NCBI RefSeq assembly: GCF_009914755.1
Contig: NC_060931.1
Length of the DNA: 64,000 bases
Strand: one strand, 5' to 3'
Origin: the human T2T-CHM13v2.0 reference genome, Homo sapiens
Shown: one piece after another, positions 1 to 15,089 of the stretch
Numbering within the stretch: the first letter of the stretch is position 1
How the letters are laid out: the number at the start of each line of letters is the position of its first letter
Made by a program: the position numbers and the translations under genes
Notes under the pieces: generated by a model
What the model saw: only the letters and a program-made list of their open reading frames with translations
Told to the model about the DNA's origin: nothing
Database searches by the model: none

Positions 1-66
1 TAGTAAAATAAATTTTGAGATATAATGATGGCCATCATGTTTTTCTGGAACAAATTTGCAAATTAA

Positions 67-506
<440 letters not shown>

Positions 507-1154
507 TGACATAGATGTTTTGGGCTTGTACTGTTTGCCGTGAATCTTACTAAAATTTAATTTATTTTAATAAGGAAATAGTGGTATTACAATTTACAAC
601 TTTTTTTGTAGAATGGTAGAAAAATATTTCTAAAAAATACTTTATGGCAAATTACAAATAAGGATGGGCTGTTTTAAAGGTAAAATATAATTGGAGGAAA
701 CCAATTTAATATTTTTTTCTAAAAAAAATTTTTTGTTTCTCTGTATTCATGTCTGAGCTCTAAAATTCTGTGGATATATAATTTGGCCCTAAGTTGTAAC
801 TAATTGATCATTGTAAAAGAGCGGAAAACAATGACAGGGAAATAACTTTAGACGCTTGCTAACATTTATATAGATTTGGTTATTTTGCCAAATTTCACAA
901 TTTGTTGTAATCTCAAGGAACACGTAACTGAAATTTGCACAAGCCACCACTGTATGATGTGTAGGTAAAGTGAACTGTTAGGTGTGGCAGAGAGAGCAAT
1001 TCTCCACAATGCTGTCTTCAATAGGTTAAGGTAAACAACTCTGAAATCCACAAACACTGTAGCTATAAAAAGAAATTTCCTTATATAGCAAGAATATAAG
1101 ACAACATTCAGTTCATTTTATGTTTCTACTTACCTTCTCTCATGTATATTTATA

Positions 1155-1504
1155 TAATACTGTTTGAATGTTGTCCCCTCCAAATATGATGAAATGTGAT
1201 CCCCAAAGTTAGAGGTGGGGCCTGGAGGAACATGTTGGGTCATGGGGGCGGATCCCTCCTGAATGGCTTGCTGCCCTTTTCATACCCACCTCTTGTTTGT
1301 TCCCTCTCTCTCCATGTGATGCACCTGCTTCCCCCTTCACCTTCTGTGGTGACTGGAAGATTCCTAGGCCCTCACCAGAGGCTGAGCAGATGTTGGTGCC
1401 ATGCTTGTACAAGTCTACGGAACCATGAGCTAAAATAAACCTTTTTTCTTTAGAAATTACTCAGTCTCAGGTATTCCTTTACAGTAATGCATATGAACTA
1501 ACAC
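1155..1504 (+). mobile_element. MST-family (MSTB-like) MaLR solo LTR
   Basis: TTTGAATGTTGTCCCCTCCAAAT...GGGTCATGGGGGCGGATCCCTC...AATAAACCT...TCAGTCTCAGGTATTCCTT...CTAACACA. Confidence 0.88.
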
Positions 1505-1932
1505 AATATATAAACAGCAATGAAAGACATTTTTGATTACATTACATTTTGATATTACATTATTGTTTCTCTTCTAAGCCACAGTAAAGCTCTCACCCTA
1601 TTAAATACTGTTAGTTACTTGCTGGCTCCAGACCTCAAGCGATATGTTGAAGTCCGGTCATACTTTTATTCTTATATTTAATTACTAATTTTTTTTTGAT
1701 CAAGTCCAGGCATTAGGGGTAGCATAATGAAAATAATAGATCATTAACTTTCATTTCCATTGAAGACAGGTAATTTCTAAGAACAACATTGACCTTGACT
1801 AAAATTAATGCAGAATACAAGTCTGATGAGTATTACTTGCTCCATAAAGTAAGATTTTCAAGAGTCTTAACATTTCTAAATTCAATTCCCAGATTCTCTT
1901 CAATCTCAATATTAAATCAAATTCTAACTATA

Positions 1933-2085
1933 GACTAGGCATACTGGCTCACATCTGTGATCCTAGCACTTTAGGAGGCTGAGGTGGGAGGATTGTTTGA
2001 GTCCAGGAGTTTGAGACCAGCTTGGGAAACAAAGTCAGACCCCATCTCTATAAAACATTTTTTAAAATAAAAATAAATAAAAATA
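1933..2085 (+). mobile_element. Alu monomer (FLAM_C-like)
   Basis: Single left monomer (GGCTCACATCTGTGATCCTAGCACTTT...GAGACCAGC) followed by A-rich tail. Confidence 0.88.
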
Positions 2086-3041
2086 ATTCTAATTTTAAAC
2101 CAAACTCTAATAATTTTATGGTTTTATGAAATTAACAAAGTGGCAAGTCAACTCCTTGATCATCAATTCAAACTGAGATCTCTTGCCAAATTTATTTTAT
2201 GGCTTGAAAATTTGGACCATTACTTGGATAGTTTTGGTGAGATGGGAACTCCTAGGATAGAGTCTGAACCCCCTAGATGGGTCATATGGAAAACTCAGTC
2301 TTCCCTTTCCCTCCTAGAATATTCTTCCTCCCTGTTAAAATTCGGCCTCATTTTCCTACTCAGTAACTTTCAAGGAGATGATTGAGTCCCATATATCTTT
2401 GGTTATAGACTTTGGTTATAGCTTTTGGTCCCAAATGAGGGGAAATGGCTCTAGTGCCTATGACTGTTTCCTGCCCCTATAAATAGGAAACAGCTATTAA
2501 AGAGAAGAAGACTTTGTTCTTCCTCTATCTTTTACATCTTTTTCTTTTTTATAAATACATTCTATAACTAAGAAATTCATTCTCCCCTTAATGCTTATAT
2601 GCTGCCACAGGGAAGAGAAGATCATTGCAGGTAGTTAATCACTGGCATTTCTTTTATAATATAGCTCTCAGATAGAGTTTTCTGACTGGAAAATGAAATA
2701 AATTTATTTCTTATTGATAAAAGGATTTTCACTTATTTCATATAACTGACACAAATATGAACAATCTCTATTTTACAATAAGTTGTAATCTTGCTATGCA
2801 TAGTTAGCAATTTTGCCAGCATGCATAAAAACAATATAGGAGGCATATGTATACATTCAATGTACTCTAAAAATGTGAAGGAATAGATATCACTAAAAGT
2901 GAAAATTATATGCTAGCATAATGCCAGCAATATCCTAAGTCCTACACTATGCTTCTGGAAAGCTTGGTCTGGAAATACCACAGTTCAGTATGGTCGTAGG
3001 AGGCAGGGGTAGTTAGAAGAGTCAGAGTCAAAAGCAAAAAG

Positions 3042-3789
3042 ACAAACACAAAACCACAATGAGATACCATCTCATGCCGGTTAGAATGGCAATCATTAAA
3101 AAGTCAGGAAACAACAGATTCTGGCAAGGATGTGGAGAAATAAGAACGCTTTTACACTGTTGATGAGAGTGCAAATTAGTTCAACCATGTGGAAGACAGT
3201 GTGGTGATTCCTCAAGGATCTGGAACCAGAAATACCATTTGACCCAGCAATCCCAGTACTGGGTATATACCCAAAGGATTATAAATCATTCTACTATAAA
3301 GACACATGCACACATATGTTTATTGCAGCACTATTTACAATAGCAAAGGCTTGGAACCAACCCAAATGCCCATCAATGATAGACTGGATAAAGAAAATGT
3401 GGCCCATATACACCATGGAATACTATGCAGCCATAAAAAAGAATGAGTTCATGTCCTTTGCAGGGACATGGATGAAGCTGGAAACCATCATTCTCAGCAA
3501 ACTAACATAGGAACAGAAAACCAAACACCACATGTTCTCACTCATAAGTGGGAGTTGAGGAATGAGAACACATGGACTCAGGGAGGGGAACCTCACAGAC
3601 TGGGGCCTGTCATGGGGTGGGGATCAAGATGAGGAAGAGCATTAGGACAAACACCTAATGCATGCGGGGCTTAAAACCTAGATGATGGGTTGATGGGTGC
3701 AGCAAACCACCAGGGCACGTGTATACATATGTAACAAACCAGCACATTCTACATATGTATCCCAGAACTTAGAGTAAAAAAAAAAAAAA
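3042..3789 (+). mobile_element. L1PA8-like 5'-truncated LINE-1 (ORF2 end + 3'UTR + polyA)
   Basis: ORF 3316-3510 is the L1 ORF2 C-terminus (MFIAALFTIAK...WMKLETIILSKL); 3'UTR GGGGCTTAAAACCTAGATG; polyA; AAAAGCAAAAA flanks both ends. Confidence 0.95.
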
Positions 3790-5672
3790 GCAAAAAAGCA
3801 GAAAGCAGTGGGTTGTTGAAAAAGTTTGGAAAGAGAATCTGCTGAGACTACTTGGGTTTGGGCAAGGCAGACTGTAGGCCTTCAAATACTTAAAGATGCT
3901 CTATTTCTAGATATCCTTGGAGCAGTCTTCAAGTAGTTGCCACTGTTGAGATACTTTACATATAAACTTTTTGCTAGGTCAGCTCTCTTTAGTAATGTTT
4001 TCATTTAGATACACTCATTCAATACATTTATTTAAATACATTTGAAGATGATAATTCCACCTTGACCAAGTATGTGTGCAGCCACCAAAAACAGTGTCAT
4101 TGAAATATCACTCACACCTAAGTTTTGCTTGATTTACATAGAATTCACCTGTAAGCATGGTTGAATTAATCTGAGAGGTTACTATCTCAACAATTTGTTA
4201 GGTAGATTGTTACTAACTAAAATGAACAATATATTTTGAAGAGCTTAATATTTAAACCATTTTAGACATGAACAAAAGTGGCTTTTTTTTCTGAAGTACT
4301 TAAGGCAATGCTAGGAGTGAAGAGTTAGAATAGCAATACATATATCCAGGTGTATGGAGAACCTGGAAGCCAGAGTTTGCATTAAATAACTCTCTTTGAA
4401 GCAAGGAAGCTTGTGAAACTGGATGTATTGTTTAAATAAATGGGTTTTAAAAATCTTATGCAAACAGGCACCTAGCAAATGGAAGGTCTTGCCATGGAGG
4501 GGGCTTTCTGGGTCCAACAGGATCCAAACCCATAGTGTTGCCTATGAGATGCCACAGCTGTGAACAGGTGAGCAAGAAAAAGTTAACCTGGGGTGAAAGA
4601 ATTAGAAATAGGAGGTAACTGAAAAAACTTAGAAAGGACTAAGGAAACATGAATGCTAAAAGCAGGTAAAATGACAAGGCCAGGGGATGAGTGTAAGTGG
4701 CCACAATCAGTATCTATACTGTGCAAACAGAATTCTGCATGAGTACCGGTCACTGAAGCCCTTTCCTCTTTCTCCTCATTCATGAGCATCACTAACTCTG
4801 TACCTACAGCCATAGTATCCTGTCTTGGCGATGAATAACAGTTGTATTGATTCTCACAGCCTCGTTTTTTGCATAGCAACATATTTGGCCACATCTAGAT
4901 CTAATATAATGCAAAGTCAACCAATTAAATATTTTAGTCAAATCAACCTTTTAACATTGGATAAATCAGGGATTTTGAAGCTCTTCAGGTCTATAACACA
5001 TGTAGCTATTTCTTGGGATTTTTTTCTGCTAATTCTAGAATAGGCAAAGGACATGCAATTACAAAAAGGTCTTTTAAGGATACACAGACATTCTGCAGAA
5101 ATATTGTAGGTTTGGTTCCAGACCACTGCATTAAGGAAATATCTCCATCAGATGAGACATGACATTTTTTAGTTTCCTTGACATATAAAAGTTATGTTTA
5201 CATAATACTGCAGTCTGTTAAGTGTGTAATAGCATTATGTCTAAAGACAAAATGTACATACTTTAATTTAAAAATGCTCCATTGCCAAAAATGCTAACAA
5301 GCATCTGAGCCTTTAGTGAGTCCTAATGTTTTTGCTGGTGGAAGGTCTTGCCTGAATGCTGATGGCTGCTGACTGATCAGGTGATGGTTACTGAAGGTTT
5401 GGGTGGCTGTGGCAATTTCTTAAAATAAGACAACAGTGAAGTTTGCTGCATCAATTAACTGTTATTTTAATGAATGGTTTCTCTGCAATGCGTGATATTG
5501 TTTGTTAACATTTTACCCCCACAGTAGAAGTTTCAAAATAGGAGTCAAACCTTTCAACCCTGTCTGTATTTAGTAACTAAGTTTATGTAATATTCTAAAA
5601 CTTTAATTGAAATTTCAACAATGTTCATAGCGTCTTCACCAGGAGTAGTTTCCATCTTAATAAACCACTTTC

Positions 5673-6115
5673 GTATGTTTATTGCGGCACTATTCACTAT
5701 AGCAAAGACTTGGAACCAACCCAAATGTCCAACAATGATAGACTGGATTAAGAAAATGTGGCACATATACACCATGGAATACTATGCAGCCATAAAAAAG
5801 GATAAGTCCATGTCCTTTGTAGGGACATGGATGAAGCTGGAAACCATCATTCTCAGCAAACTATTGCAAAGACAAAAAACCAAACACCGCATATTCTCAC
5901 TCATAGGTGGGAATTGAACAATGAGAACACTTGGACACAGGAAGGGGAACATGACACACCGGGGCCTGTTGTGGGGTGGGGCGAGGGGGGAGGGATAGCA
6001 TTAGGAGATATACCTAATGTAAATGACGAGTTAATGGGTGCAGCACACCAACATGGCACATGTATACATATGCTACAAACCTGCACATTGTGCACATATA
6101 AAATTAAAAAAAAAA
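5673..6115 (+). mobile_element. L1PA4-like 3' fragment inserted in Tigger1
   Basis: ORF2 C-terminus plus 3'UTR (AATGTAAATGACGAGTTAATGGGTGCAGCACACCAACATGG), polyA; TSD core CACTTTC on both sides. Confidence 0.94.
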
Positions 6116-7276
6116 ACACTTTCTTTGCCCATCTATAAGAAGCAACTCCTCATTTGTTAAAGTTTTATCCTGAGATTACAGCAATTAAGTCACATCTTCA
6201 GGCTCTGCTTTTAACTTCAGTTTTCTTGCCATTTCTACAACATCTGTAGTTACTTCTTCCACCAAAGTCTTAAACTCCTCAAAATCTTTTATAGGATTTG
6301 GGACCAACTTTTTCCAGATGCCTGTTAATGTTAATATTTTGACCTTCTCCAATGAATCACAAATGTTCTTAATGGCAGCTAGAATGGTGGATACTTTCTA
6401 GAAGATTTTAAATTTACTTTGCTCAGACCCATCATAGGAAGCACTGTTTATGGTAGCTATAGCCTTACAAAATGTATTTGTTAAATAAGACTTGAAAGTT
6501 GAAAATATCCTTTGATCCATGGGCTGCAGAATGGATGTCAAATTAGCAGGCATGAAAACAACATTAACTTCCTTGTACATCTCCATCAGAGCTCTTGTTT
6601 GACTAGACACATTGTCAATGAGCAGTAGTATCTTGAAATAAATTTTTCTTTCTGAGCAGTAGGTCTCAACAGGGCTTAAAAAATTCAGTAAGCCATGGCT
6701 TTGTTGTTCCATTTACAGAGCACAGGCAGAGTTGATTTAGTATAATTCTGAAGGACCCTAGGATTTTCAGAATGATAAATTAGCATTGGCTTCAACTTAA
6801 AGTCACCATTTGCATTGGTCCCTAACAAGAGGGGCATCATGTCCTTTGAAGCTTTGAAGCCAGGCATTGAGTTCTCTTCTCTAGCTATCAAAGTCCTAGA
6901 TGGCATCTTATTTTAAGAGAAGATTGTTTTGTCTGTATTGAAAAATCTGCTGTTATGTGTAGCCACCTTCATCAATTGTCTTAGCTACATCTTGTGGATA
7001 AGTTGTGATTTATATTCTACATTAGCACTTACTGCTTCACTTTGCACTTCTATGTTATAGAGACAGCTTCTTTTTCTAAACTTCACAAATCAAGGTATGG
7101 TAGTTTCAGACATTTCTTTTGCAGCTTCCTCATCTCTGTTAGACATCATAGAATTGATGAAAGTTAGGGTCTGGGTCTGGATTAGGCTTTGGCTTAACAA
7201 AATGTTGTGGCTAATTTTATTTTCTATCCAGACCACTAAAACTGTCCCCATACCAGCAGTAATACTGTATTACTTT

Positions 7277-9668
7277 TGTGTTAGTCCATTGTCATACTAC
7301 TATGAAGAAATACCCAAGACAGGTAATTTATAAAGAAAAAGTGGTGTAATGGACTCACAGTTCCACATGGCTAGGGAGGCCTCACAATCATGGCAGAAGA
7401 CAAAGGAGGAGCAAAGGCACATCTTAAATGGCAGCAGGAAATAAAACATATGCAGGGGAACTGCCCTTTATAAAACCATCAGATCTTGTGAGACTTATTC
7501 ACTATCATGAGAACAGCATGGGAAAATCAATCCCCATCATTCAATTACCTTCCACTGGGTCTCTCCTATGACATGTGATGATTATGGGAGCTACAGTTCA
7601 AGATGAGATTTGGGTAGGGACACAGCCAAACCATATCATTCCACCTCTGCCTCTCCCAAATCTCATGTCCTCACATTTCAAACAAATCATGCCTTCCCAA
7701 CAGTCCACCAAAGTCTTAACTCATTTTAGCAGTAACTCAAAAGTCCACAATCCAAAGTCTCATCTGAGACAAGGCAAGTCCCTTCTGCCTACGAGCCTGC
7801 AAAATCAAAAGCAATTTAGTTACTTCCCAGATACAATGGAGGTATAGGCATTGGGTAAATATGCTTATTCCAGATGGGAGAAATTGGCCAAAGCAAAGGG
7901 GCTACAAGTCCCATGCAAGTCTAAAAGCCAGCAGGGCAGTCAAACTTAAAGCTCCAAAATTATCTCTTTGACTCCATGTCTCACATACATGTCACACTTA
8001 TGCAAGAGGTAAGTTCCCATGCCCACAGTGGTGGGCAGCTCCAACCCTGTGGCTTTGCAGCATATAGCCCCCCTCCTCGTTGCTTTCATGGGCTGGCATT
8101 GAGTGCCTCTGGCTTTTCTATGTGCATGGTGCAAGCTGTTGTTTGATCTACCATTCTGGGGTCTGGAGGATGGTGGCCCTCTTCTCACAGCTCTACTAGG
8201 CAGTGCCCTAGTGAGGACTCTGTGTGAGGGCCCGTACCCTACATTTCCTTTCCACACTGTCCTAACAGAGGTTCTCTATGAGGGCTCCACCCCTGCAGCA
8301 CATCTCTGTCTGGACATCCAGGTGTTTCCATACATTCTCTGAAATCTAGGCAGAGGTTCCCAAACCTCAATTCTTGACTTCTGCATACCTGCAGGCTCAA
8401 CACCATGTGGAAGTTGCCAAGTCTTGGGTCTTGCACCCTCTAAAGCTATGGCTTGAGTTGTATCTTGGTCCCTTTTAACCACCGGCTGGAGCAGCGGTAC
8501 ACAGGGCCACAAGTCCCTGGGCTGCACAGAGCAGTGGGACCCTGGGATGGGCCCACAAAACCATTTTTCTCTCCAAGGCCTCTGGTTCCATGATAGTAGG
8601 GGCTTCCAGGAAGGTCTCTAATATGCCCTGGAGACATTTTCCCCATTGTTTTGGTGATTAACATTTGACTCTTTCTTACTTATGCAGATTTCTGCAGCAG
8701 GCTTCAATTTCTTCTCAGAAAATGTTTTTTTTCTATCTTATCATCAAGCTGTAAATTTTCCAAACTCTTATGCTCTGCTTCCCTTTAAATGTAAGTTCCA
8801 TTTCAAACCATGTCTTTGTAAATGAGTAAAACTGAATGCTTTTAAGAGCACCCAAGTCACATCTTGAATGCTTTGCTGCTTACAAATTTCTTCTGCGTCA
8901 TACCCTAAATCATCTCTCTCAAGTTCAAAGTTCCACAGATCTCTAGGGCAGTGGCAAAATGCCAGTCTCTTTGCTAAAGCATAAGAAGAGTCACCTTTGC
9001 TCTAGTTCCCAACAAGTTCCTCATCTCCATCTCAGGCCACCTCGGCCTGTACTTTATTGTCCATATCACTATTAACATATTGGTCAAAGCCATTCAGAAC
9101 TCTAGGAAGTTCCAAACTTTCCCATGTCTTCCTGTCTTCTGAGCCCTCCAAGTCTCTAGGAAGTTCCAAATTTCCCCACATTTTCTTGTTTTCTTCTGAG
9201 TCCTTCAAACTGTTTCAACCTCTGCCTGTTACCCAGTTCTAAGGATGCTTCCATATTTTCCGGTATCCTTATAGCAGCACCCCACTCTACCAGTACCAAT
9301 TTACTGTATTAGTCAATTTTCATACTATTATGAAGAAATACCTGAAACTGGGTAATTTATAAAGAAAAAAAAGGTTTAATGGACTCACAGCTGCACACGG
9401 CTGGGGAGGCCTCACAATCATGGTGGAAGGCGATGGAGGAGCAAAGGCACGTCTTACATGGTGGCAGGCAAGAGAGCATGTACAGGGGAACTGCCCTTAA
9501 TAAAACCATCAGATCTCATGAGACTTATTCATTATCATAAGAATAGCATGGGAAAACCTGATCCCATGATTCAATTACCTCCCACTAGGTCCCTCCCATG
9601 ACATGCGGGGATTATGGAAGCTACAATTTAAGATGAGATTTGCATGGGGACACAGTCAAACTATATCA
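7277..9668 (-). mobile_element. Full-length THE1C MaLR provirus (LTR 7277-7638, internal 7639-9304, LTR 9305-9668)
   Basis: Two ~363-bp direct-repeat LTRs with TG...CA ends; THE1-int between them; 5-bp TSD ACTTT/AATTT; splits contiguous Tigger1 sequence. Confidence 0.95.
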
Positions 9669-11341
9669 AATTTCTTATCATTCATGCATTCACTGGAGTA
9701 GCACTTTCAATTTCCTTCAAAAACTTTTCCTTTGCATTCATAACTTGGCTAAATGTTCGGCACAACAGGCTTATCTTTTAGCCTGTCTCAGCTTTCAACA
9801 AGCATTAATCACTTAGTTTGATTATTTATCACTAAGCTTTTGATATAAAAATGAGAGACATGCCACTCTTTTTTTCACTTGAACACTTGGAGGCCATTGT
9901 ATGATTATTAATTTTCCTTATTTCAATATTGTTGTGTCTCAGGGAATAGGGAGGCCCATGGATACGGATCTACATGGGGTAATAGCCAGTAGGTGAAGCA
10001 GTCATAACACACACAACATTTATCAATTAAATTTGCCACTGTATATGGGTATGGTTCCTGGTACCCTAAAACAATTATAATAGTAACCTAAAAGATCACT
10101 GATCACAGATCACCATGACAGATATAATAACAATAAAAAAAATTGAAATAATTTGAGATTTACCAAAATGTGACACAGAGACATGAAGTGAGTACGTGCT
10201 GCTGGAAAAGTGGAGCTGATAGACTTGCTTGATGCAGGGTAGCCACAAACCTTCAACGTTTAAAAAGTGCAATATCTGCCAAGTGTAATAAAGTGAAGTG
10301 CAATAAAATGAGGTATGCCTGTACATGAAATATACTCCAGCCATTATCCCTTTTTTTGCACACTAGGTGATGGTATTATTATTTTATTTCCAGCCTTTTC
10401 TCTATTTTCCCAGCAAAACTGACAAATAGTGGTGTAAAATTTCAGGGGCATGGTGACTGTGTTTTGTTAAGAACATCTTTGTAGGAAACCAGCCTTCTGT
10501 TCTCGGGAAATATTGAACATAGAATTGCTAGAGCTCAGAGCTAGAGTGATTCAAAGATTACCTAGCCTAGTTCTTATATTACTGGTGCTCATTCTTCTCC
10601 CTGGCACTTTTTATCAATTTTGTATTTATTTGATTCCACCAGCAGACACTTACAGCACTATAAAGAGTACAATCATAGGTTGCCTAACAAAGGAGCTAGT
10701 TTCTGAGAAATGTGTTATCAGGTGATTTTGTCATTGTTTGGAAACCATTGACTGTACTTGCACAAATCTAAATGGTATAGCCTACTACCTACATAGGCTA
10801 TATGGCATAGCCTACTGCTCCTGGATACAAACCTGTACAGCATGTTACTGTACTGAATACTGTAGGCAATTATAATACAGTGATGAGTATTTGCATATCT
10901 AAACATATCTAAGCATAAAAAAGGTACAGTAAAAATATAGTGTAAAAGATTAAAAAAAAGTAGACTTGTGTAGGGGACTTACCAGGACTGGAAGTTGTTC
11001 TGGGTGTGTCAGTGAGTGGATGGTAAGTGAATGTGAAGGCATAGAACATGACTGTTTACTACTATAGACATTTTAAATAATGTACACCTAGGCTATGCTA
11101 AATTCATAATTTTTTCCCTTCCTCAATAATAAATTAACTTTAGCCTACTGTAACTTTTTACTTTATAAACTTTTAACTTTTTCAACGTTTTTACTCTGTG
11201 GTTATAACACAGCTTAAAACACAAAACATATTGTACAGTTGTACAAAATTTTTTTTATAATCTTACTCTATAAGCATTTTTATTTTTTAAATTTATTTTT
11301 TTTTTTACTTTTTAAACTGTTTAAAAAAACCAAGACACAAT

Positions 11342-11597
11342 AGCTGGCACAGTGGCATGTGCCTGTAGTCCCAGCTACTCCAAAGGCTGAGGCGGGAGGA
11401 TTGCTTGAGGTCAGGAGTTCAGTCTGGACAACATAGCAAGACTCCATCTTTATTATAATAAGAAACCTCACCCAGCTACTTGAAAGGCTGAGGCAGTGGG
11501 AGTATCACTTGAGCTCAAGAATTTGAGCCTGTAATGAGCTATGATTATGACAGACTGCATTCTATCCTAGGCAACAGAGGGAGACTCTGTCTGTGAA
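11342..11597 (+). mobile_element. Old Alu-family element (FLAM-like monomer + partial right monomer) inside Tigger3b
   Basis: GCCTGTAGTCCCAGCTACTC...GAGGTCAGGAGTTC...AACATAGCAAGACTCCATCT, then CCCAGCTACTTGAAAGGCTGAGGCAG...GGCAACAGAGGGAGACTCTGTCT. Confidence 0.85.
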
Positions 11598-11884
11598 ACA
11601 AACACAGTAGCCTAGGCCTACACCGGGTCAGAATCATCAGTATCACTGTCTTTCACCTCCTTATCTTGTCTCACTGGAAGGTCTTCAGGGGCAATAACAT
11701 GCATGGAGCTGTCATCTCCTATGCTAACAATGCCTTCTTCTGGAATATCCCTGAATGACCTGCCTGAGACTGTTTTAAGATTAACTTAAAAAAATAAGTA
11801 GAAGGTGTCTACTCTAAAATAATGATGAGATGTATAGTATAGTAAATACATAAACCAGTAACATAGTCATTTAGTATCATCAAA

Positions 11885-12248
11885 TGATATGGCTTGGCTG
11901 TGACCCACCCAAAATCTCATCTTGAATTGTAATAATCACCACATGTCAAGGGTGGGACCAGGTGGAGATAATTGAATCATGGGTCAGTTTCCCCCATTCT
12001 GTTCTCGTGATAGTGAGTGAGTTCTTAGAAGATCTGATGGTTTTATAAGGGGCTTCCCCCTTGGCTTGGCTGTTATTCTCTGATTCTTTCTCCTGCCACC
12101 CTGTGAAGAGGCGCCTTCTGCCATGATTGTAAGTTTCCTGAGGCCTCCCCCAGCCATGAGGAACTGTGAGTCAATTAAATCTCTTTTCTTTATAAATTAT
12201 CCAGTTTTGGATATGTTTTTATTAGAAGCATTAGAACAGACTAATACA
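11885..12248 (+). mobile_element. THE1C/D solo LTR inside Tigger3b
   Basis: TGATATGGCTTGGCTGTG...TAATTGAATCATGG...TTTTATAAGG...ATTAAA...GACTAATACA. Confidence 0.93.
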
Positions 12249-13126
12249 CCTAGTATTATGTACTGTACATAATTATATGTGCTATGCTTTTATACAACTA
12301 GTAGTGCAGTAGGTTTGTTTACACAAGCATCCCCACAAACATGTGAGTAATGTGTTGTGCTATGACATTGCGACAGCTACTGCATCACTAGGAGATAGGA
12401 ACTTTTCAGCTCCATTTTAATCTTATAGGACCACAGTTGTATATATGGTCTGTCATTGATTGAAACATTGCTATGTGGTACATAACTGTACGTTTATTGC
12501 CCAAAAAGTAATGTCCCTTCAAACCACTCCCAAATTAGTTTCATTAAGCTTATGTAAGTCTGAGTCATAATACCTCCAAAGATCACAAGTGAATATGATA
12601 TACTCTGTGTGGTTGTATCCTTTTCTTCCTTTCCTTATATTTATACCCACAATTTACTTATTCCAATATTTAAATGTATGTCATGAAACCATCAATATAG
12701 GGTTGTGGAATGGGGAATGGCTACATTCTTTAAGTGGCACCCAGTTCACTGTAATTTTAAATGATTAAATGATCATAATAACAAGTTAAGTGTATGTGTT
12801 TAAGAGTATAAAAAAGTTAAGTTGTGGATAATCTGCATTCAGTGTTATTAAAGGTAGAAGACAGGGTTGTGAAATTTTAAAAAGCAGGATAAAAGTATTC
12901 AAGAGAAATGAAGTGTAATAAGGAGTAATCTAAAATGATTACAGATAAATCAGTGCTTAAAGATTGAAAATCATCTCAATGAGATGACTCAAGAATCAGA
13001 AAATTACTTTGGATGTTGGTAGAGTTGGCAAAATGACATATCTATATCTGCTTGGTCAGGTTTCACTATCTAATGTCTATTAGTAAATTAATTATTTTTA
13101 CAACTAGAAATTCAACTAAGTATTTA

Positions 13127-13735
<609 letters not shown>

Positions 13736-13875
13736 TCACATCTAGAGGAAAAGTCACAAGGCCCAGAACTAGCTATCAATTCCTAAAATAATTAAAAAGC
13801 CTGTAAGTATACATCACCCGGTAAACTCTCAGGGAATTGATCTCTCTAATTTTTCTCAGCTAATTTTGGTGCTGA

Positions 13876-14476
<601 letters not shown>

Positions 14477-15089
14477 CCTACCTCATTAATGAATCATTAA
14501 AGAAAATTATTTATTTTTTCTCTATTAGGAAAGGGGCATTATAAAGAGGGAAAAAATAATAAAAATAACATTTCAGAAATGCAGCTATTGATTTACTTAC
14601 TATACTATGATAACCTTTGAGTTAAAGATAAACAAATAATGTAACTAACTGGGGAGCATTTTCTTTGGGTTAAGACTTTTACTATCATTTAGAAATCAAA
14701 GTTTGTTGGACCGTGGACAAAAATTAGTGGACTGAGGCTGTCCTTCATAACTTCTTAGTTTCTGCTGTCTCTTCTTCATTAAATGAGGTCTCCTTTCCCT
14801 CCTGCCAGACACTGGCTACTCTAATGCTTCCAAGGCAATTCTACACCACTTTTGTAGGACTTATGTGACTGTAGTATATTATCTGCCTTTGTGTCCAGTT
14901 GCACTAGGCTGACAGCTCCTTGAGGACAGTACCTGCTTGTTTACGATTATATATTTAATAACTTTAACCACTGTCCAGTGAAGGCAAAGTCCCCACTTCT
15001 GGGATGCAGGTTACACCACATAATAGCAGAGTGTCAGTGAATTTTTCATAGAATAACTTGCCCCAACCCAACTTACACCAATCATGCCA

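Larger units (their letters stand above)
5085..10321 (-). mobile_element. Tigger1 DNA transposon, near full length (~2.4 kb in three pieces: 5085-5672, 6116-7276, 9669-10321)
   Basis: Terminus ...AATAAAATGAGGTATGCCTG+TA at 10321; degenerate opposite terminus CAGACATTCTGCAGAAATATTGTAGGTTTGGTTCCAGACCAC at 5085; ORFs 6398-6712 and 6685-6906 are pogo/Tigger DDE transposase fragments ([32 protein letters not shown]). Confidence 0.95.
10670..12488 (+). mobile_element. Tigger3b-like non-autonomous DNA transposon with two nested insertions
   Basis: TA-flanked termini CAATCATAGGTTGCCTAAC... and ...CATAACTG; internal TACAAACCTGTACAGCATGTTACTGTACTGAATACTGTAGG; ~1.2 kb after removing inserts. Confidence 0.88.

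Noticed and set aside
6398-6906. Transposase ORFs as a domesticated TIGD-like gene
   Set aside because: Frameshifted fragments of a Tigger1 interrupted by L1 and THE1C; no intact ORF
9099-9210. ~55-bp tandem duplication in THE1 internal region
   Set aside because: I recall this duplication in other THE1C/D-int copies, so probably inherited from the subfamily rather than locus-specific (not verified)
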